From NCBI GenBank assembly GCA_963706325.1, contig CAVPLT010000004.1:128001-192000 (forward strand): a stretch of DNA of 64,000 bases. Direction: 5' to 3'. Origin of the DNA: an uncultured Nitrospiraceae bacterium (lineage in GTDB: Bacteria > Nitrospirota > Nitrospiria > Nitrospirales > Nitrospiraceae). Both the position numbers and the translations under genes were made by a program. The notes under the pieces were generated by a model, which saw only the letters and a list, made by a program, of their open reading frames with translations, did no database searches and was not told where the DNA came from. This document shows, piece by piece, positions 14,172-24,464 of the stretch. Each line of letters begins with the position of its first letter. Within the stretch, counting starts at the first letter, position 1.

Positions 14172-14252
14172 GGCAGGCCGGGTTTCATGTTCGCGCCACG
14201 CGCGCCCGCGAGTGGCCTTCGTTCAACGCGCGCGATATAACCAGATCCTGCC
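14172..14252. repeat. intergenic palindromic element, copy 2
   Basis: GGCAGG / CCTGCC terminal inverted repeat around a core ...GCGCCACGCGCG...GCCTTCGTTCAACGCGCGC similar to copy 1. Confidence 0.55.
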
Positions 14253-14282
14253 TCCCGCGACACAGAGGCGAAGGTAAGTGAT

Positions 14283-14993
14283 ATGAAAATTGGCGTGGTG
14301 GTGTTCCCCGGCAGCAATTGCGATCACGACTGCCAGTACATCTTTAAGGATGTGCTGGGCCAGCATGTGGAGATGATCTGGCATAAGCAAACCTTGCCGA
14401 CGGGGCTCGACATGATCGTGTTGCCTGGCGGGTTTTCCTACGGAGACTATCTGCGGACCGGCGCCATTGCGCGCTTCTCGCCCGTCATGGGTGCGGTGAA
14501 GGAATTCGCCGGCAAAGGCGGGCTGGTCATTGGCATTTGTAATGGTTTTCAGATTCTCCTGGAGGCTGGTCTTTTGCCCGGGGTGATGTTGCGGAACACC
14601 TCGCTGAATTTTATCTGCAAAGACGTCTATGTGAAGGTAGAGAATGCCGCGACCCGCTTTACGAATCGCTGCGAATCCGGTCAAGTGCTGAAAATTCCCA
14701 TCGCGCATGCAGACGGCAATTATTACACCGATCCGGTCACGCTCGGTGGCATCAAAGCTAATGCGCAGGTGATTTTCCGCTACTGTACGGCCGAGGGACA
14801 CGTGACGCCGGAGTTGAACCCGAACGGTTCGTTGGACAACATTGCCGGGATCATGAATGCCGAGGGCAACGTGCTGGGCATGATGCCGCATCCGGAGCGC
14901 AGTGCAGAAGCGGTGTTGGGCAACGAAGATGGTCGCCTGATTTTCTTGTCGATGTTGGAGACGCTGAAAAAACCACAGTTAACGGTGGTGTGA
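14283..14993 (+). CDS. purQ: FGAM synthase glutaminase subunit PurQ
   Basis: [40 protein letters not shown]. Confidence 0.98.
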   Translation: MKIGVVVFPGSNCDHDCQYIFKDVLGQHVEMIWHKQTLPTGLDMIVLPGGFSYGDYLRTGAIARFSPVMGAVKEFAGKGGLVIGICNGFQILLEAGLLPGVMLRNTSLNFICKDVYVKVENAATRFTNRCESGQVLKIPIAHADGNYYTDPVTLGGIKANAQVIFRYCTAEGHVTPELNPNGSLDNIAGIMNAEGNVLGMMPHPERSAEAVLGNEDGRLIFLSMLETLKKPQLTVV

Positions 14994-15031
14994 CGTGTCG
15001 AGAGTCACACGGGATTCGGAATGAGTCATCC

Positions 15032-17278
15032 ATGAACACTGTAGTGATTACCAAAGCGGTCCTCGATCAACATAAGTTGAGTGATGAGGAATATAAGAAA
15101 ATCCTTGAGATTCTGGGCCGCGAGCCGAATTGGACAGAGTTGGGAATGTTCTCGGCCATGTGGAGCGAACATTGTTCCTATAAGAGTTCGCGTCTTCACC
15201 TCAAGAAGTTACCGACGACGGGCCCGCGGGTGGTGCAGGGACCGGGTGAGAATGCCGGGGCGGTGGATATCGGCGATGGCCTTTGCGCGGTCTTCAAGAT
15301 GGAGTCTCACAACCATCCCTCGTTCATCGAGCCCTATCAAGGCGCGGCGACGGGCGTGGGTGGAATCTTGCGTGATATCTTCACGATGGGCGCGCGGCCG
15401 ATTGCATTGTTGAACTCCCTGCGATTCGGCGAATTGGACGTTGCGAATACCCGTCACCTCCTCAAAGGCGTGGTGTCCGGTATTGCGGGTTATGGAAATT
15501 GCATGGGTGTGCCGACGGTTGGCGGGGAGATCGTCTTCAACGATATCTATGCGCTCAATCCTTTGGTGAATGTGTTCTGTCTGGGGATTGCCAGGAAGGA
15601 TAAGATTTTCCTGGGCAAGGCGGCGGGAGTCGGCAATCCGGTGATCTATTTCGGCTCGAAGACCGGGCGTGATGGGATTCACGGCGCCACGATGGCCTCG
15701 GATTCGTTCGATGACCAAGCCGCGCAGAAGCGGCCCACCGTGCAGGTCGGCGACCCGTTTACCGAAAAACTCCTACTTGAAGCATGCTTGGAACTGATGT
15801 CCGGCGATTTATTGGTCGGGATTCAGGACATGGGGGCCGCAGGGTTGACGAGTTCGGCTTGTGAAATGGCGTCGCGAGAAGGGACAGGCGTGGAATTGGA
15901 ACTGGCGCATGTGCCGCGACGCGAGCCGGGCATGAAGCCCTACGAAATCATGCTCTCCGAATCTCAGGAACGTATGTTGATGGTGGTCAAGGCCGGCCGT
16001 GAGGACGAGGTGATCAAGATTTGCCGGAAATGGGACTTGGATGTGGCAGTCATCGGGCGGGTGACGGATACGGGCAAGGTGGTTCTCAAGGACGATGGTC
16101 AGGTTGTGGCGGAGATTCCGGCAAAAGCTTTGGCTGACGAAGGCCCGCGCTATGACCGGCCCAGCGCGCCGCCGGCTTATCAGGAGATGCTGCAGGCGTT
16201 GAACTACGACGCCTTACCGGATGTGAAGGATGCAAATGCAGCGTTGCTGGCGCTGTTGGATTCACCCACGATCGCCAGCAAACGCTGGGTCTATGAACAA
16301 TACGATCACATGGTACGGACCAATACAATGGTGCGCCCTGGTTCAGATGCAGCGGTTGTGCGCATTAAAGGAACGGACAAGGCTCTCGCGTTGTCCGTCG
16401 ATTGCAATGCACGCTATTGCCTGCTCAATCCCTATGAAGGCTCTAAGATCGCCATTGCGGAATGTGCGCGCAACCTGGCCTGCTCTGGAGCGGAACCGAT
16501 TGGAGTCACCGACTGCTTGAATTTTGGGAACCCGCAGCGCCCCGAGGTTATGTGGCAATTCGTGCTCGCCATTGAAGGATTGAAAGATGCGTGCGAGGCG
16601 TTGAGCGTGCCCATCGTGAGCGGTAACGTGAGTTTGTATAATGAGACCAATGATTTGTCGATTTATCCCACACCGGTGATTGGGATGGTCGGATTGATCG
16701 AGCCAGCCGACTGCGCGGTTACCCAATGGTTCAAGCAAAATGGCGACGTTATTATTTTGCTGGGAAGCACGCGCGAGGATCTCGGAGGTACCGAATATTT
16801 AAAAGTGCTCCACCATCGCGAGCAAGGCTCCCCACCGTTGCTGAATCTTGACGCTGAGAAGGCGGTGCAGACCTGCACGATTCAACTTATTCGCGAGAGG
16901 CTCGTACAGTCGGCCCACGATTGCTCCGACGGCGGATTGGCTGTTGCCCTCACCGAGTGTTGCATCTCTGGCTCAGACGAGCGACTGGGGGCTGTGGTAC
17001 ACTTATCGCTCAATGGTCTTCGTCGCGACGCATTGCTGTTCGGGGAGAGCCAATCGCGCATCGTGCTTTCTGTGGAGCCGGAGCACGTGGAACGAGTTCT
17101 GAGCCTTGCAAGTGATGCTGGTGTTCCTGCCGTGCGGGTCGGTTCCGTCGGAGGAAATCGACTCGCGATGCAGCTAGAGGACGATAAGTCTGGTGTGGGC
17201 TGCCCAATTGATCTGGAACTGACGACATTGTATGAGCATTGGGCAATGGCTATTCCAAGAGCGTTAGGTCAAGACTAG
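15032..17278 (+). CDS. purL: FGAM synthase subunit PurL
   Basis: [54 protein letters not shown]. Confidence 0.98.
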   Translation: MNTVVITKAVLDQHKLSDEEYKKILEILGREPNWTELGMFSAMWSEHCSYKSSRLHLKKLPTTGPRVVQGPGENAGAVDIGDGLCAVFKMESHNHPSFIEPYQGAATGVGGILRDIFTMGARPIALLNSLRFGELDVANTRHLLKGVVSGIAGYGNCMGVPTVGGEIVFNDIYALNPLVNVFCLGIARKDKIFLGKAAGVGNPVIYFGSKTGRDGIHGATMASDSFDDQAAQKRPTVQVGDPFTEKLLLEACLELMSGDLLVGIQDMGAAGLTSSACEMASREGTGVELELAHVPRREPGMKPYEIMLSESQERMLMVVKAGREDEVIKICRKWDLDVAVIGRVTDTGKVVLKDDGQVVAEIPAKALADEGPRYDRPSAPPAYQEMLQALNYDALPDVKDANAALLALLDSPTIASKRWVYEQYDHMVRTNTMVRPGSDAAVVRIKGTDKALALSVDCNARYCLLNPYEGSKIAIAECARNLACSGAEPIGVTDCLNFGNPQRPEVMWQFVLAIEGLKDACEALSVPIVSGNVSLYNETNDLSIYPTPVIGMVGLIEPADCAVTQWFKQNGDVIILLGSTREDLGGTEYLKVLHHREQGSPPLLNLDAEKAVQTCTIQLIRERLVQSAHDCSDGGLAVALTECCISGSDERLGAVVHLSLNGLRRDALLFGESQSRIVLSVEPEHVERVLSLASDAGVPAVRVGSVGGNRLAMQLEDDKSGVGCPIDLELTTLYEHWAMAIPRALGQD

Positions 17279-17289
17279 GTTACAAAGCG

Positions 17290-18720
17290 ATGTCCAAAGA
17301 GTTACCGCTTATTTCTCCCGACAAATTTCACGACGAATGTGCCGTCTTCGGCATATACGGCCACAAAGAAGCCGCCAATCTTACCTATCTTGGCCTCTAC
17401 GCGCTCCAACATCGCGGACAGGAAGCGTCTGGAATGGTGTCCAATGACGGCGAGCAATTTCATATCGAAAAAGGCCAGGGCCATGTCGCCGATGTCTTCT
17501 CCCAACAAGCGCTGGCGCGTTTGCCGGGGACGATGGCAATCGGACACAACCGCTATTCGACGGCAGGCGGGGCCGGGCTTAAGAACGTGCAACCGTTAAA
17601 TGTCAATTTTGCCTTTGGCAATCTGGCCGTGGCGCACAATGGTAATTTGATTAATGCCACCATGCTTCGCAGCGAGCTGGAGGCCTATGGCGCGATCTTC
17701 CAATCGACTTCTGACACGGAAGTCATTATTCATCTCATCGCGCATTCGCGGGCAGATACGTTGCTTGAGCGCGTGGTTGATTCTCTGACCCAGGTTCGAG
17801 GGGCGTTCTCAGTGGTCCTTATGACGGATCAAGGTGTAATCGCAGCGCGCGATCCGCATGGGTTCCGTCCCCTCTGTTTGGGACGGCTTCGCGATGCCTG
17901 GATCGTCGCTTCCGAGAGCTGTGCGTTTGACTTATTGGACGCTGAGTTTGTGCGGGAAATCGAACCAGGTGAACTGGTCGTGCTGGATCACCAGGGCGTC
18001 ACAAGCTACAAGCCCTTCGCAGCCACCAAGCCGGCGATGTGCGTGTTTGAGTATGTCTATTTCGCTCGACCGGACAGCCGGATTTTTGGAGGGCGCGCTG
18101 TTTACTCGATTCGCAAGGCGTTCGGGCGGCAACTGGCAGAAGAATCAATCGTGGAAGCGGACATTGTTATTCCGGTGCCGGATTCGGGTGTGCCGGCGGC
18201 GTTAGGCTATTCCGAAGGATCAGGGATTCGCTTCGAGACCGGACTTATCCGGAATCATTACGTGGGCCGTACGTTTATCGAGCCTGAACAGTCGATTCGT
18301 CACTTCGGTGTAAAGGTAAAGCTCAATGCTGTTCCCGAAGTGCTCGAAGGCAAGAGAGTCGTCGTCGTGGACGATTCGCTAGTGCGGGGGACGACGAGTC
18401 GAAAGATTGTGAAGATGCTGCGTCAGGCTGGGGCGAAAGAAGTGCACATGCGCATCAGCTCTCCGCCGATTATCTCGCCTTGCTTTTACGGGATCGATAC
18501 GCCTACCAAAAAGGAATTGATTGCCTCGAGTCATACAACGGAAGAAATACGCAAGTACATCACGGCCGATAGTCTGGCGTACCTGAGCTTGGATGGGATG
18601 CTGAAGGCGTCTCCAGGCATTCCGGAGCAGTATTGCAATGCATGCTTTACAGAACGCTACCCCATTTCCTTTACACGCGCAGAAGAGTTGCAGTTAGGCC
18701 TTTTCGAAGCCTCTCGCTAA
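17290..18720 (+). CDS. purF: amidophosphoribosyltransferase
   Basis: Propeptide then [34 protein letters not shown]; Fe-S cysteines (CVFE, PCFYG, CNAC). Confidence 0.98.
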   Translation: MSKELPLISPDKFHDECAVFGIYGHKEAANLTYLGLYALQHRGQEASGMVSNDGEQFHIEKGQGHVADVFSQQALARLPGTMAIGHNRYSTAGGAGLKNVQPLNVNFAFGNLAVAHNGNLINATMLRSELEAYGAIFQSTSDTEVIIHLIAHSRADTLLERVVDSLTQVRGAFSVVLMTDQGVIAARDPHGFRPLCLGRLRDAWIVASESCAFDLLDAEFVREIEPGELVVLDHQGVTSYKPFAATKPAMCVFEYVYFARPDSRIFGGRAVYSIRKAFGRQLAEESIVEADIVIPVPDSGVPAALGYSEGSGIRFETGLIRNHYVGRTFIEPEQSIRHFGVKVKLNAVPEVLEGKRVVVVDDSLVRGTTSRKIVKMLRQAGAKEVHMRISSPPIISPCFYGIDTPTKKELIASSHTTEEIRKYITADSLAYLSLDGMLKASPGIPEQYCNACFTERYPISFTRAEELQLGLFEASR

Positions 18721-18793
18721 GTATCCTTTCTTCTTTACGCCTGTGAGGACAGACGATCGTCCGGCTTTTTCTTCCCGCCTTCACCTTCGTCAA

Positions 18794-19092
18794 ATGTCCA
18801 TTGTCAGTAAATATCGTTTGATTGCCGACCTGGGACTCGTGGTGGTTGCGCTTCGATTAGGGCCGTGGATGGTCAGTATTCCGCGGCTGCTGTCTGGTTG
18901 ACCTGCAAGCCTGTAGCAGGAACTCACGAGCAAGTAATGAAGGACGAAGAGGCACTTGAGGGTCATGCGTGGCTCATGTTTGAGGGGGATGAGTATTTGG
19001 AGCCATCTCCGCAGTGGCGTGCCTTCAGCCTGCCGGTCAGGCGTCCACTCAATGGCCATCCCACCGAACCCTGCGCTATCGAATACGAGTAA
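18794..19092 (+). pseudogene. lasso peptide biosynthesis B2 (transglutaminase-like leader peptidase) remnant
   Basis: ATG 18794 reads MSIVSKYRLIADLGLVVVALRLGPWMVSIPRLL, then stops (TGA 18899-901). A one-base frame change continues WLTCKP...EQVMKDEEALEGHAWLMFEGDEYLEP. The HAW motif is present but the catalytic Cys segment is absent. Confidence 0.65.
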
Positions 19093-19568
19093 GCGGTTTT
19101 CTCTCCGTCTGGGCAGATGCTTTTGTTTCCTAACCTCAATCATCCCTCTCCGAAAATTTTCCATCGAAATAAGCATTATCCAGTGATTCGGGGGGAAATT
19201 GCTTTCCGTCACCCAGCCGGTCTGGTCTTGAGCAATTTTGCAGACCCGGACCCCCAAAAGAGAGATCCTTCCTGCCTCCATGGGATAGAGAAGGTGGGAG
19301 TGAGAAGGTATCTTCGCCTCTACCCGACGTCGTTCGAACCTGGGGCTTGGTCGATCGAACTGTCATGAATCGTCTCAGAGTGGCCTGAAAGATTGTTCAG
19401 TGGAATGAGACGTGATTTATCAAAAGTCTTATCAGAAGGTGCTTATGCTCCTGAGTTTGTCGAGTAGACGGACTGCTACCGGCTTCACTTTGGTCGCAAT
19501 GTCATGTACTTGCCTTGGCTCGTGACGCCTCCCTCAGAAAAAAATACAAGCAAGTCGAGAGCCCTAAA

Positions 19569-20864
19569 ATGAGAAAGAATCTGAAGCCTAAGGCCGCGAG
19601 ATGGAAGCATGTGCATCAAAACAAGTCCTTCTTACATCGGGTGAAAACTTCCCCCGTGGTATCACAGATGCATCCGGAAGGGCGCTTGCTCGTACTCTGC
19701 GCACGACTGACGACCAGCGAATCTATTCGAGTGGAAATAGAGGATCTGGTCGGTGGAGGTCTTGATTGGGACCTGCTGTGGAGACTGACGAGAACCAACG
19801 GCGTGACGCCTCTCGTATATCGAACACTGTCCACAATCTGCCCGGCAGCAGTGCCTTCTGCTATCCATGATGCGTTTCGCCGGCACCTCCAGGTTAATGC
19901 GCTCCTAAATACTGTGCTTGCCAAAGAGCTGGTCGCTGTACTCGACGCTTTAGCGGCGAAGGGCGTTCGCGCTATTCCCTTCAAAGGCGTGACGCTGGCT
20001 CAAACTGCGTATGGCGATCTCAGCTTGCGTGAATGCGCAGACTTGGATCTAATTGTGGATCAAACGTCGATCCCACAGGCCAGGCAAGCCCTTTGGTCAC
20101 AGGGATATCAACTCACTGGTCAAGATGTGGGGGGTAAACAGGAGTCTGATGAGCCGTATCACTTCTTCCAAAAGAAGAATGGCATGGTCGCTGTGGATCT
20201 TCAATGGATTATGGCCCGACGCCATTTTGGCTTTCGATTGGATCGATGCGCATTCTTGGACAGACTCAAGCCGGTTCATTTGCCGACAAGAATGGTAATG
20301 GGCCTCTGTTCGGAGGATTTATTGATTCTGCTCTGTGTGCACGGATCGAAACATGCTTGGGAACAGTTGAAGTGGACTTGCGATGTGGCCGAGTTAGTTC
20401 GTCGCCGACCGACATTAGATTGGAGTCGGATACTATTTCAAGCGGATCAATGGGGCTGCCGACGCATAGTGCTGCTGGGTTTGGGTATGGCGAAGCATCT
20501 CTTCGGCATTGTCCTGCCCCGTGCCGTTCTTCACGATATAGAGTCCGACTCAGACATCCCCACTCTTGTTCGTCTCATGCCGAAACAGCTGTTGAAGAGT
20601 TGTGATGAGGGCATCGATGAGGCTTGCGCGGAAGCCTTATATGTGACTCTCAAAGATTCCTGGTGGGAACGGTGGAAGCTTGGTGTCGCTCTGTGCAGGG
20701 CTGAGTCGGAAGCAATTAGCAAGCCATTGCCCTGGTTTCGGTTCCAGAGGAGGCTTCGAGGGTTATTTTTATGTCTCAAGCCCTTGCATTGGTTGGCCAG
20801 AAAGTGTGTCCCGTCCGTTCGTCTGCGCCGAGCTGTTGACCGGTGGCTCCAGAGCACTCATTGA
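19569..20864 (+). CDS. nucleotidyltransferase family protein (NTP_transf_5-like)
   Basis: LDWDLLWRL...GVTPLVY, IPFKGVTLAQTAYGDLSLRECADLDLIV, VDLQW, LCVHGSKHAWEQLKWTCD. Start uncertain (19515/19569/19668). Confidence 0.85.
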   Translation: MRKNLKPKAARWKHVHQNKSFLHRVKTSPVVSQMHPEGRLLVLCARLTTSESIRVEIEDLVGGGLDWDLLWRLTRTNGVTPLVYRTLSTICPAAVPSAIHDAFRRHLQVNALLNTVLAKELVAVLDALAAKGVRAIPFKGVTLAQTAYGDLSLRECADLDLIVDQTSIPQARQALWSQGYQLTGQDVGGKQESDEPYHFFQKKNGMVAVDLQWIMARRHFGFRLDRCAFLDRLKPVHLPTRMVMGLCSEDLLILLCVHGSKHAWEQLKWTCDVAELVRRRPTLDWSRILFQADQWGCRRIVLLGLGMAKHLFGIVLPRAVLHDIESDSDIPTLVRLMPKQLLKSCDEGIDEACAEALYVTLKDSWWERWKLGVALCRAESEAISKPLPWFRFQRRLRGLFLCLKPLHWLARKCVPSVRLRRAVDRWLQSTH

Positions 20865-21058
20865 GAGCGACTTTTCATCCATGAAAGGATCCTTCATCGT
20901 CAACCTCTAATTTCCCTCCTTCCTAAGTGGTTGCTCCAGAAAAAATTCGCGTGCTAGGATGCCTCGTGTCTCAATCAAGATTCGATGTTGGCTGGTGAGT
21001 GCCAAATCGGGGGGAGCGTCCGATTCTTCGGAAGTTCACCTTCAGGAAGGAGCTACTA

Positions 21059-21604
21059 ATGAAGCGCTTTGTGATAGCGATAGCACTCGCACTCGCACCC
21101 TTTTGGGTGACCCACGTGATCTGGGCCGCTGGGTTCTTTAAGGTGGGTGAAAAGGCACCGGGCTTTGCCCTGACTTCCGTAACGGGCGATGCTGTCGCGC
21201 TTGAGACTCTGAAGGGCAAGGTAGTCGTGCTAGGACTGTTCCATATCTGTGACCCTTGTATGATGCAAGGGACGAATTTGCAAAAAGTTCATGAAGCGAC
21301 CTTAGGCAAAAATGTCGCCGTCGTCGGCATTAATTCATCCGGAAATTCCAAGCGAGATGTGGGAGAATTTTTGAGCGCATTCCCGGTCAAAGTCACATTT
21401 CCATATTTGCTCGATCCGAATAAAACCACTGACAAATCCTATGGCGGTGGCAAATTCATCCCCAATGTCTATGTGATTGATCAGCAGGGTGTGATCCGTT
21501 GGCAACGCGTGGGTAATATGGAGTTAGCCGGGGACGAGGTGATTATGCAAGAAGTAAAGAAACTGTTAGCTTCCGTGCCAGCTGAAGGTGCAGGAGCCAT
21601 GTAG
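21059..21604 (+). CDS. exported thioredoxin-fold redoxin (TlpA/AhpC-TSA-like)
   Basis: Signal peptide, VGEKAPGFAL, CDPC motif, IPNVYVIDQQGVIR; GGAG RBS. Confidence 0.85.
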   Translation: MKRFVIAIALALAPFWVTHVIWAAGFFKVGEKAPGFALTSVTGDAVALETLKGKVVVLGLFHICDPCMMQGTNLQKVHEATLGKNVAVVGINSSGNSKRDVGEFLSAFPVKVTFPYLLDPNKTTDKSYGGGKFIPNVYVIDQQGVIRWQRVGNMELAGDEVIMQEVKKLLASVPAEGAGAM

Positions 21605-21619
21605 GTGGAAGAGGGATCA

Positions 21620-21859
21620 ATGGACGAATGGGAAGAAGGTAAGCAGAAGTTTCTCGAATTGGTGCATGAAATTAACGGAACTGTTGAGGTTGTGATCCCG
21701 ACGAAGCCGACGAACAGCATGTTTCTCATCTCCTTGACCAAAGGCCCAAATCGTAAGTTCATCACCGTATCAGAAGACGACATAATCGATCTTCCAGACG
21801 AAGTCACCATCCGTGCGCGCGTCACGAAGACCTTGCAGGATGCGATTGCAGCGTTGTAA
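21620..21859 (+). CDS. small hypothetical protein
   Basis: GAGGGA RBS, operonic spacing, globular composition. Confidence 0.7.
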   Translation: MDEWEEGKQKFLELVHEINGTVEVVIPTKPTNSMFLISLTKGPNRKFITVSEDDIIDLPDEVTIRARVTKTLQDAIAAL

Positions 21860-21881
21860 TTCAACAGCACGAGGCGACAAC

Positions 21882-22478
21882 GTGAAACAGCTTCTGTCCG
21901 GTATATGGCAATGGTCTTGGTTCTCCGAGGAGAAGCAGATTGATTTTAATGGACTGTTTCTCAATGTTGGCGAGCATAAGATTCTGATTGACCCTCCACC
22001 CATGACTGCAGAGCTCAGTACTTTTATTCGACGCCAGGGAGGCCTCGACTACATTATTGTCACCAATCGGGACCATGCTCGGGACGCCGCGACATATCAG
22101 GCTGAATTTCGTTGTCAACTACAAGTGCCTGACCTTGATGCACCGCACATGGATGTAAAACCTACGAGGACCTTTAAGGATGGCGAACTCCTGCCTGGAG
22201 GTATTTGGGTAATTCAACTGAACCATCAGAAATCTCCAGGTGAATCCGCATTATATATTCAGCAGGGAAAAGGTGTGCTCATCGTCGGGGATGCACTCAT
22301 AGGGAACCCATCGGGAGATTTGAGACTATTAGAACCGAAGAAATACAGTGATGCGGCGAAGGCAAAGGAGGGATTGCAGCGCCTGCTGAAATACAACTTC
22401 GACTCGATTCTTGTCGGGGATGGCGCTAGCATCGTAGGTGGAGCCAAAAAAGCAGTGGAGCGAGCTCTGCAGGCTTAG
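21882..22478 (+). CDS. metallo-beta-lactamase-fold protein with degenerate metal motif
   Basis: ILIDPPP, IIVTNRDHARD in place of THxHxDH, KSPGE, LIVGDALIG, LVGDG; GTG start. Confidence 0.75.
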   Translation: MKQLLSGIWQWSWFSEEKQIDFNGLFLNVGEHKILIDPPPMTAELSTFIRRQGGLDYIIVTNRDHARDAATYQAEFRCQLQVPDLDAPHMDVKPTRTFKDGELLPGGIWVIQLNHQKSPGESALYIQQGKGVLIVGDALIGNPSGDLRLLEPKKYSDAAKAKEGLQRLLKYNFDSILVGDGASIVGGAKKAVERALQA

Positions 22479-22484
22479 GGAACG

Positions 22485-23309
22485 ATGGCCCTTCGAAACG
22501 GACTCTCAGAGGAACTGAATCGCCAAGGCAACGAGCACTTTGCCCGCGGGCACTATACCGATGCCTATGCCTGTTATGCGAAGGCGCTGGAATGTGATCG
22601 CTTGACGGGCGATCATCGAGCGCTAAGCGCGACATTGGGCAATCTTGGAAACATTTGTGCGGTTAGTGGTCGTCGCGAATCGGCACAGCGCTATTATCAG
22701 GAAGTGCTGGAGTTGCAGAAGGTCTTGGGTGATGAAAAGGGTATCGGCACAACCTTGGCCAATCTGGGAAATTTGCGCGCCGATGCCGGGGAATGGGACC
22801 GCGCAAGAGCCTACTATCTCGAGGCGCTCGACATCATGACGCGCGTGCATGATGAATTGGGAAAAGCCGTGTTGTTTTCAGATCTTGGTCTTGTGGCGCG
22901 AGAGACCGGTCAGTTCGAGGATGCCCTTCGATTCTATGAGCAGTCGCTGGTGCTCATGCGCCGGTTAAACAATCAAGGCGGTGTGGCCGATGCTTGGCGA
23001 ATGATGGGACGTACTTTTGCCATTCAGAAGCGGTATGAAGATGCTATTGCCTGCTGCCATACCAGTCAATCAATAGCGGAGCGGAGTCGTGATGAGTTGC
23101 GTACGGGCGGAGCTCGTTACGTCTTAGCCCAATGTTATGAGGATCTCGGTCAGTTGCAAGTGGCCGTGGAGTTGTTAGAGCAAGTTGTGCGCATGGATCG
23201 AAAATACGACCTGCCAAAATTGGCTGAGAATACCACCAGACTTGAGCGGCTTCGCGCTCGCCTGGCCGCGGAAGATCCGACTCCTCAACCTCGGCAGTCA
23301 CGCGCATGA
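22485..23309 (+). CDS. tetratricopeptide repeat protein
   Basis: About six 40-aa TPR-like repeats (e.g. TLGNLGNIC...YYQEVLEL, TLANLGNLR...YYLEALDI). Confidence 0.9.
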   Translation: MALRNGLSEELNRQGNEHFARGHYTDAYACYAKALECDRLTGDHRALSATLGNLGNICAVSGRRESAQRYYQEVLELQKVLGDEKGIGTTLANLGNLRADAGEWDRARAYYLEALDIMTRVHDELGKAVLFSDLGLVARETGQFEDALRFYEQSLVLMRRLNNQGGVADAWRMMGRTFAIQKRYEDAIACCHTSQSIAERSRDELRTGGARYVLAQCYEDLGQLQVAVELLEQVVRMDRKYDLPKLAENTTRLERLRARLAAEDPTPQPRQSRA

Positions 23310-23743
23310 CTATCGTCGCCCTGCCATCATGGAATCAGGTTCGGTCACACTTGCTGGCCACTGTCCCAGAATTTTATGAGCTGGAGCCTAAAGGCGCCCT
23401 CGCGCTTGATCTAGGAAATGGCGACTGGTTGTTGGAAGTCAGGTCGGATGGGCAGTTCCTTTGTCAACACGGAATCGATATGGACGATGTGAAGAGTCTG
23501 ATGTGTGACGGGACGCCAGAGGATTTGGGAACCGATGAAGTGGCGAAACAAGCCAAGTATTTTTTGGGTCCTGCGGTGTCAAAAATGCGTCCAACTCTCC
23601 GCAATGCCGGTTTTGTGGAGCAGACAGATATGAATGATGATTTTGTTGCCATTATTTTTCATAAAACCGTTGATTTTCAGCGACCCGACGAGATTGTTGC
23701 TGCCGTACGCTGGTGCCAGAACATCTTCGAAAATCGGGCATAG
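23306..23743 (+). CDS. hypothetical protein
   Basis: 145-aa ORF with ATGA overlap to the TPR gene. Confidence 0.75.
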   Translation: MTIVALPSWNQVRSHLLATVPEFYELEPKGALALDLGNGDWLLEVRSDGQFLCQHGIDMDDVKSLMCDGTPEDLGTDEVAKQAKYFLGPAVSKMRPTLRNAGFVEQTDMNDDFVAIIFHKTVDFQRPDEIVAAVRWCQNIFENRA

Positions 23744-23974
23744 CGAAAATCGGGCCGTCCTCGCATCTGCATGATGCCTCCATCACGACCCTGGACCCTT
23801 TCGCGCCGCTCTGCCGCTTATTACCTCTCGGGACAGTATGACCTATTGCGGTATTTCAATGTGCTCCACTCTTAGTGCCCGACGAAGCTCAGGCACTGCT
23901 TCGGCATTTCGCAATACTCATTGAGAAATACTGCTAAGTGGCTAAAAACGGCCGGATACGTAAGATGAGACGGA

Positions 23975-24391
23975 TTAGGATGAAGCAGGCGACTGAAGAC
24001 TGGGATGCCGGCCTTCTGGAGGTTGTATGTCCGGCCTGAGCCTGAGGGCGTAATGGCCCCCGAAGACCATAATCAGAAAATTTATCAAGCTGCTCAACGC
24101 AATGAGTATCAACACTGCTAAGTGCGGTGAAGATTGGCTGGATTCTTGAACAATAGTTGCCAGGTCTAGCGCGAGTGCGATGGTACTGTACATCACCAGG
24201 ATCATGGCAATCCACTGCTGACGGATCACAAGAAGCCCTCCTATCAGCAGTGTTGGGAAACCGAAGAGAAACCCCACTAGGACACTCTTTTTAATGGTTG
24301 AGGGGGGAGAACTCGAGCCTAGTACAAATAGGCTGACTTCCACCATGATCAATACAACGAGTAGTCCAATTATCGGCCGGGCTGGTCTCAT
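23975..24391 (-). CDS. small four-TM membrane protein
   Basis: Four hydrophobic segments after MRPARP; start re-chosen at 24391. Confidence 0.7.
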   Translation of the reverse strand: MRPARPIIGLLVVLIMVEVSLFVLGSSSPPSTIKKSVLVGFLFGFPTLLIGGLLVIRQQWIAMILVMYSTIALALDLATIVQESSQSSPHLAVLILIALSSLINFLIMVFGGHYALRLRPDIQPPEGRHPSLQSPASS

Positions 24392-24464
24392 AGCGGCACT
24401 ATAGCTACCGCCTAAGTCCACTGCAAGCTGCCTTGTTCCCAATTTCTTGGTGATAGCAATTTTT

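Noticed and set aside
23874..23903. Hammerhead ribozyme in the 23.8-kb structured region
   Set aside because: The CUGANGA...GAAA catalytic core is not present in the correct arrangement on either strand.
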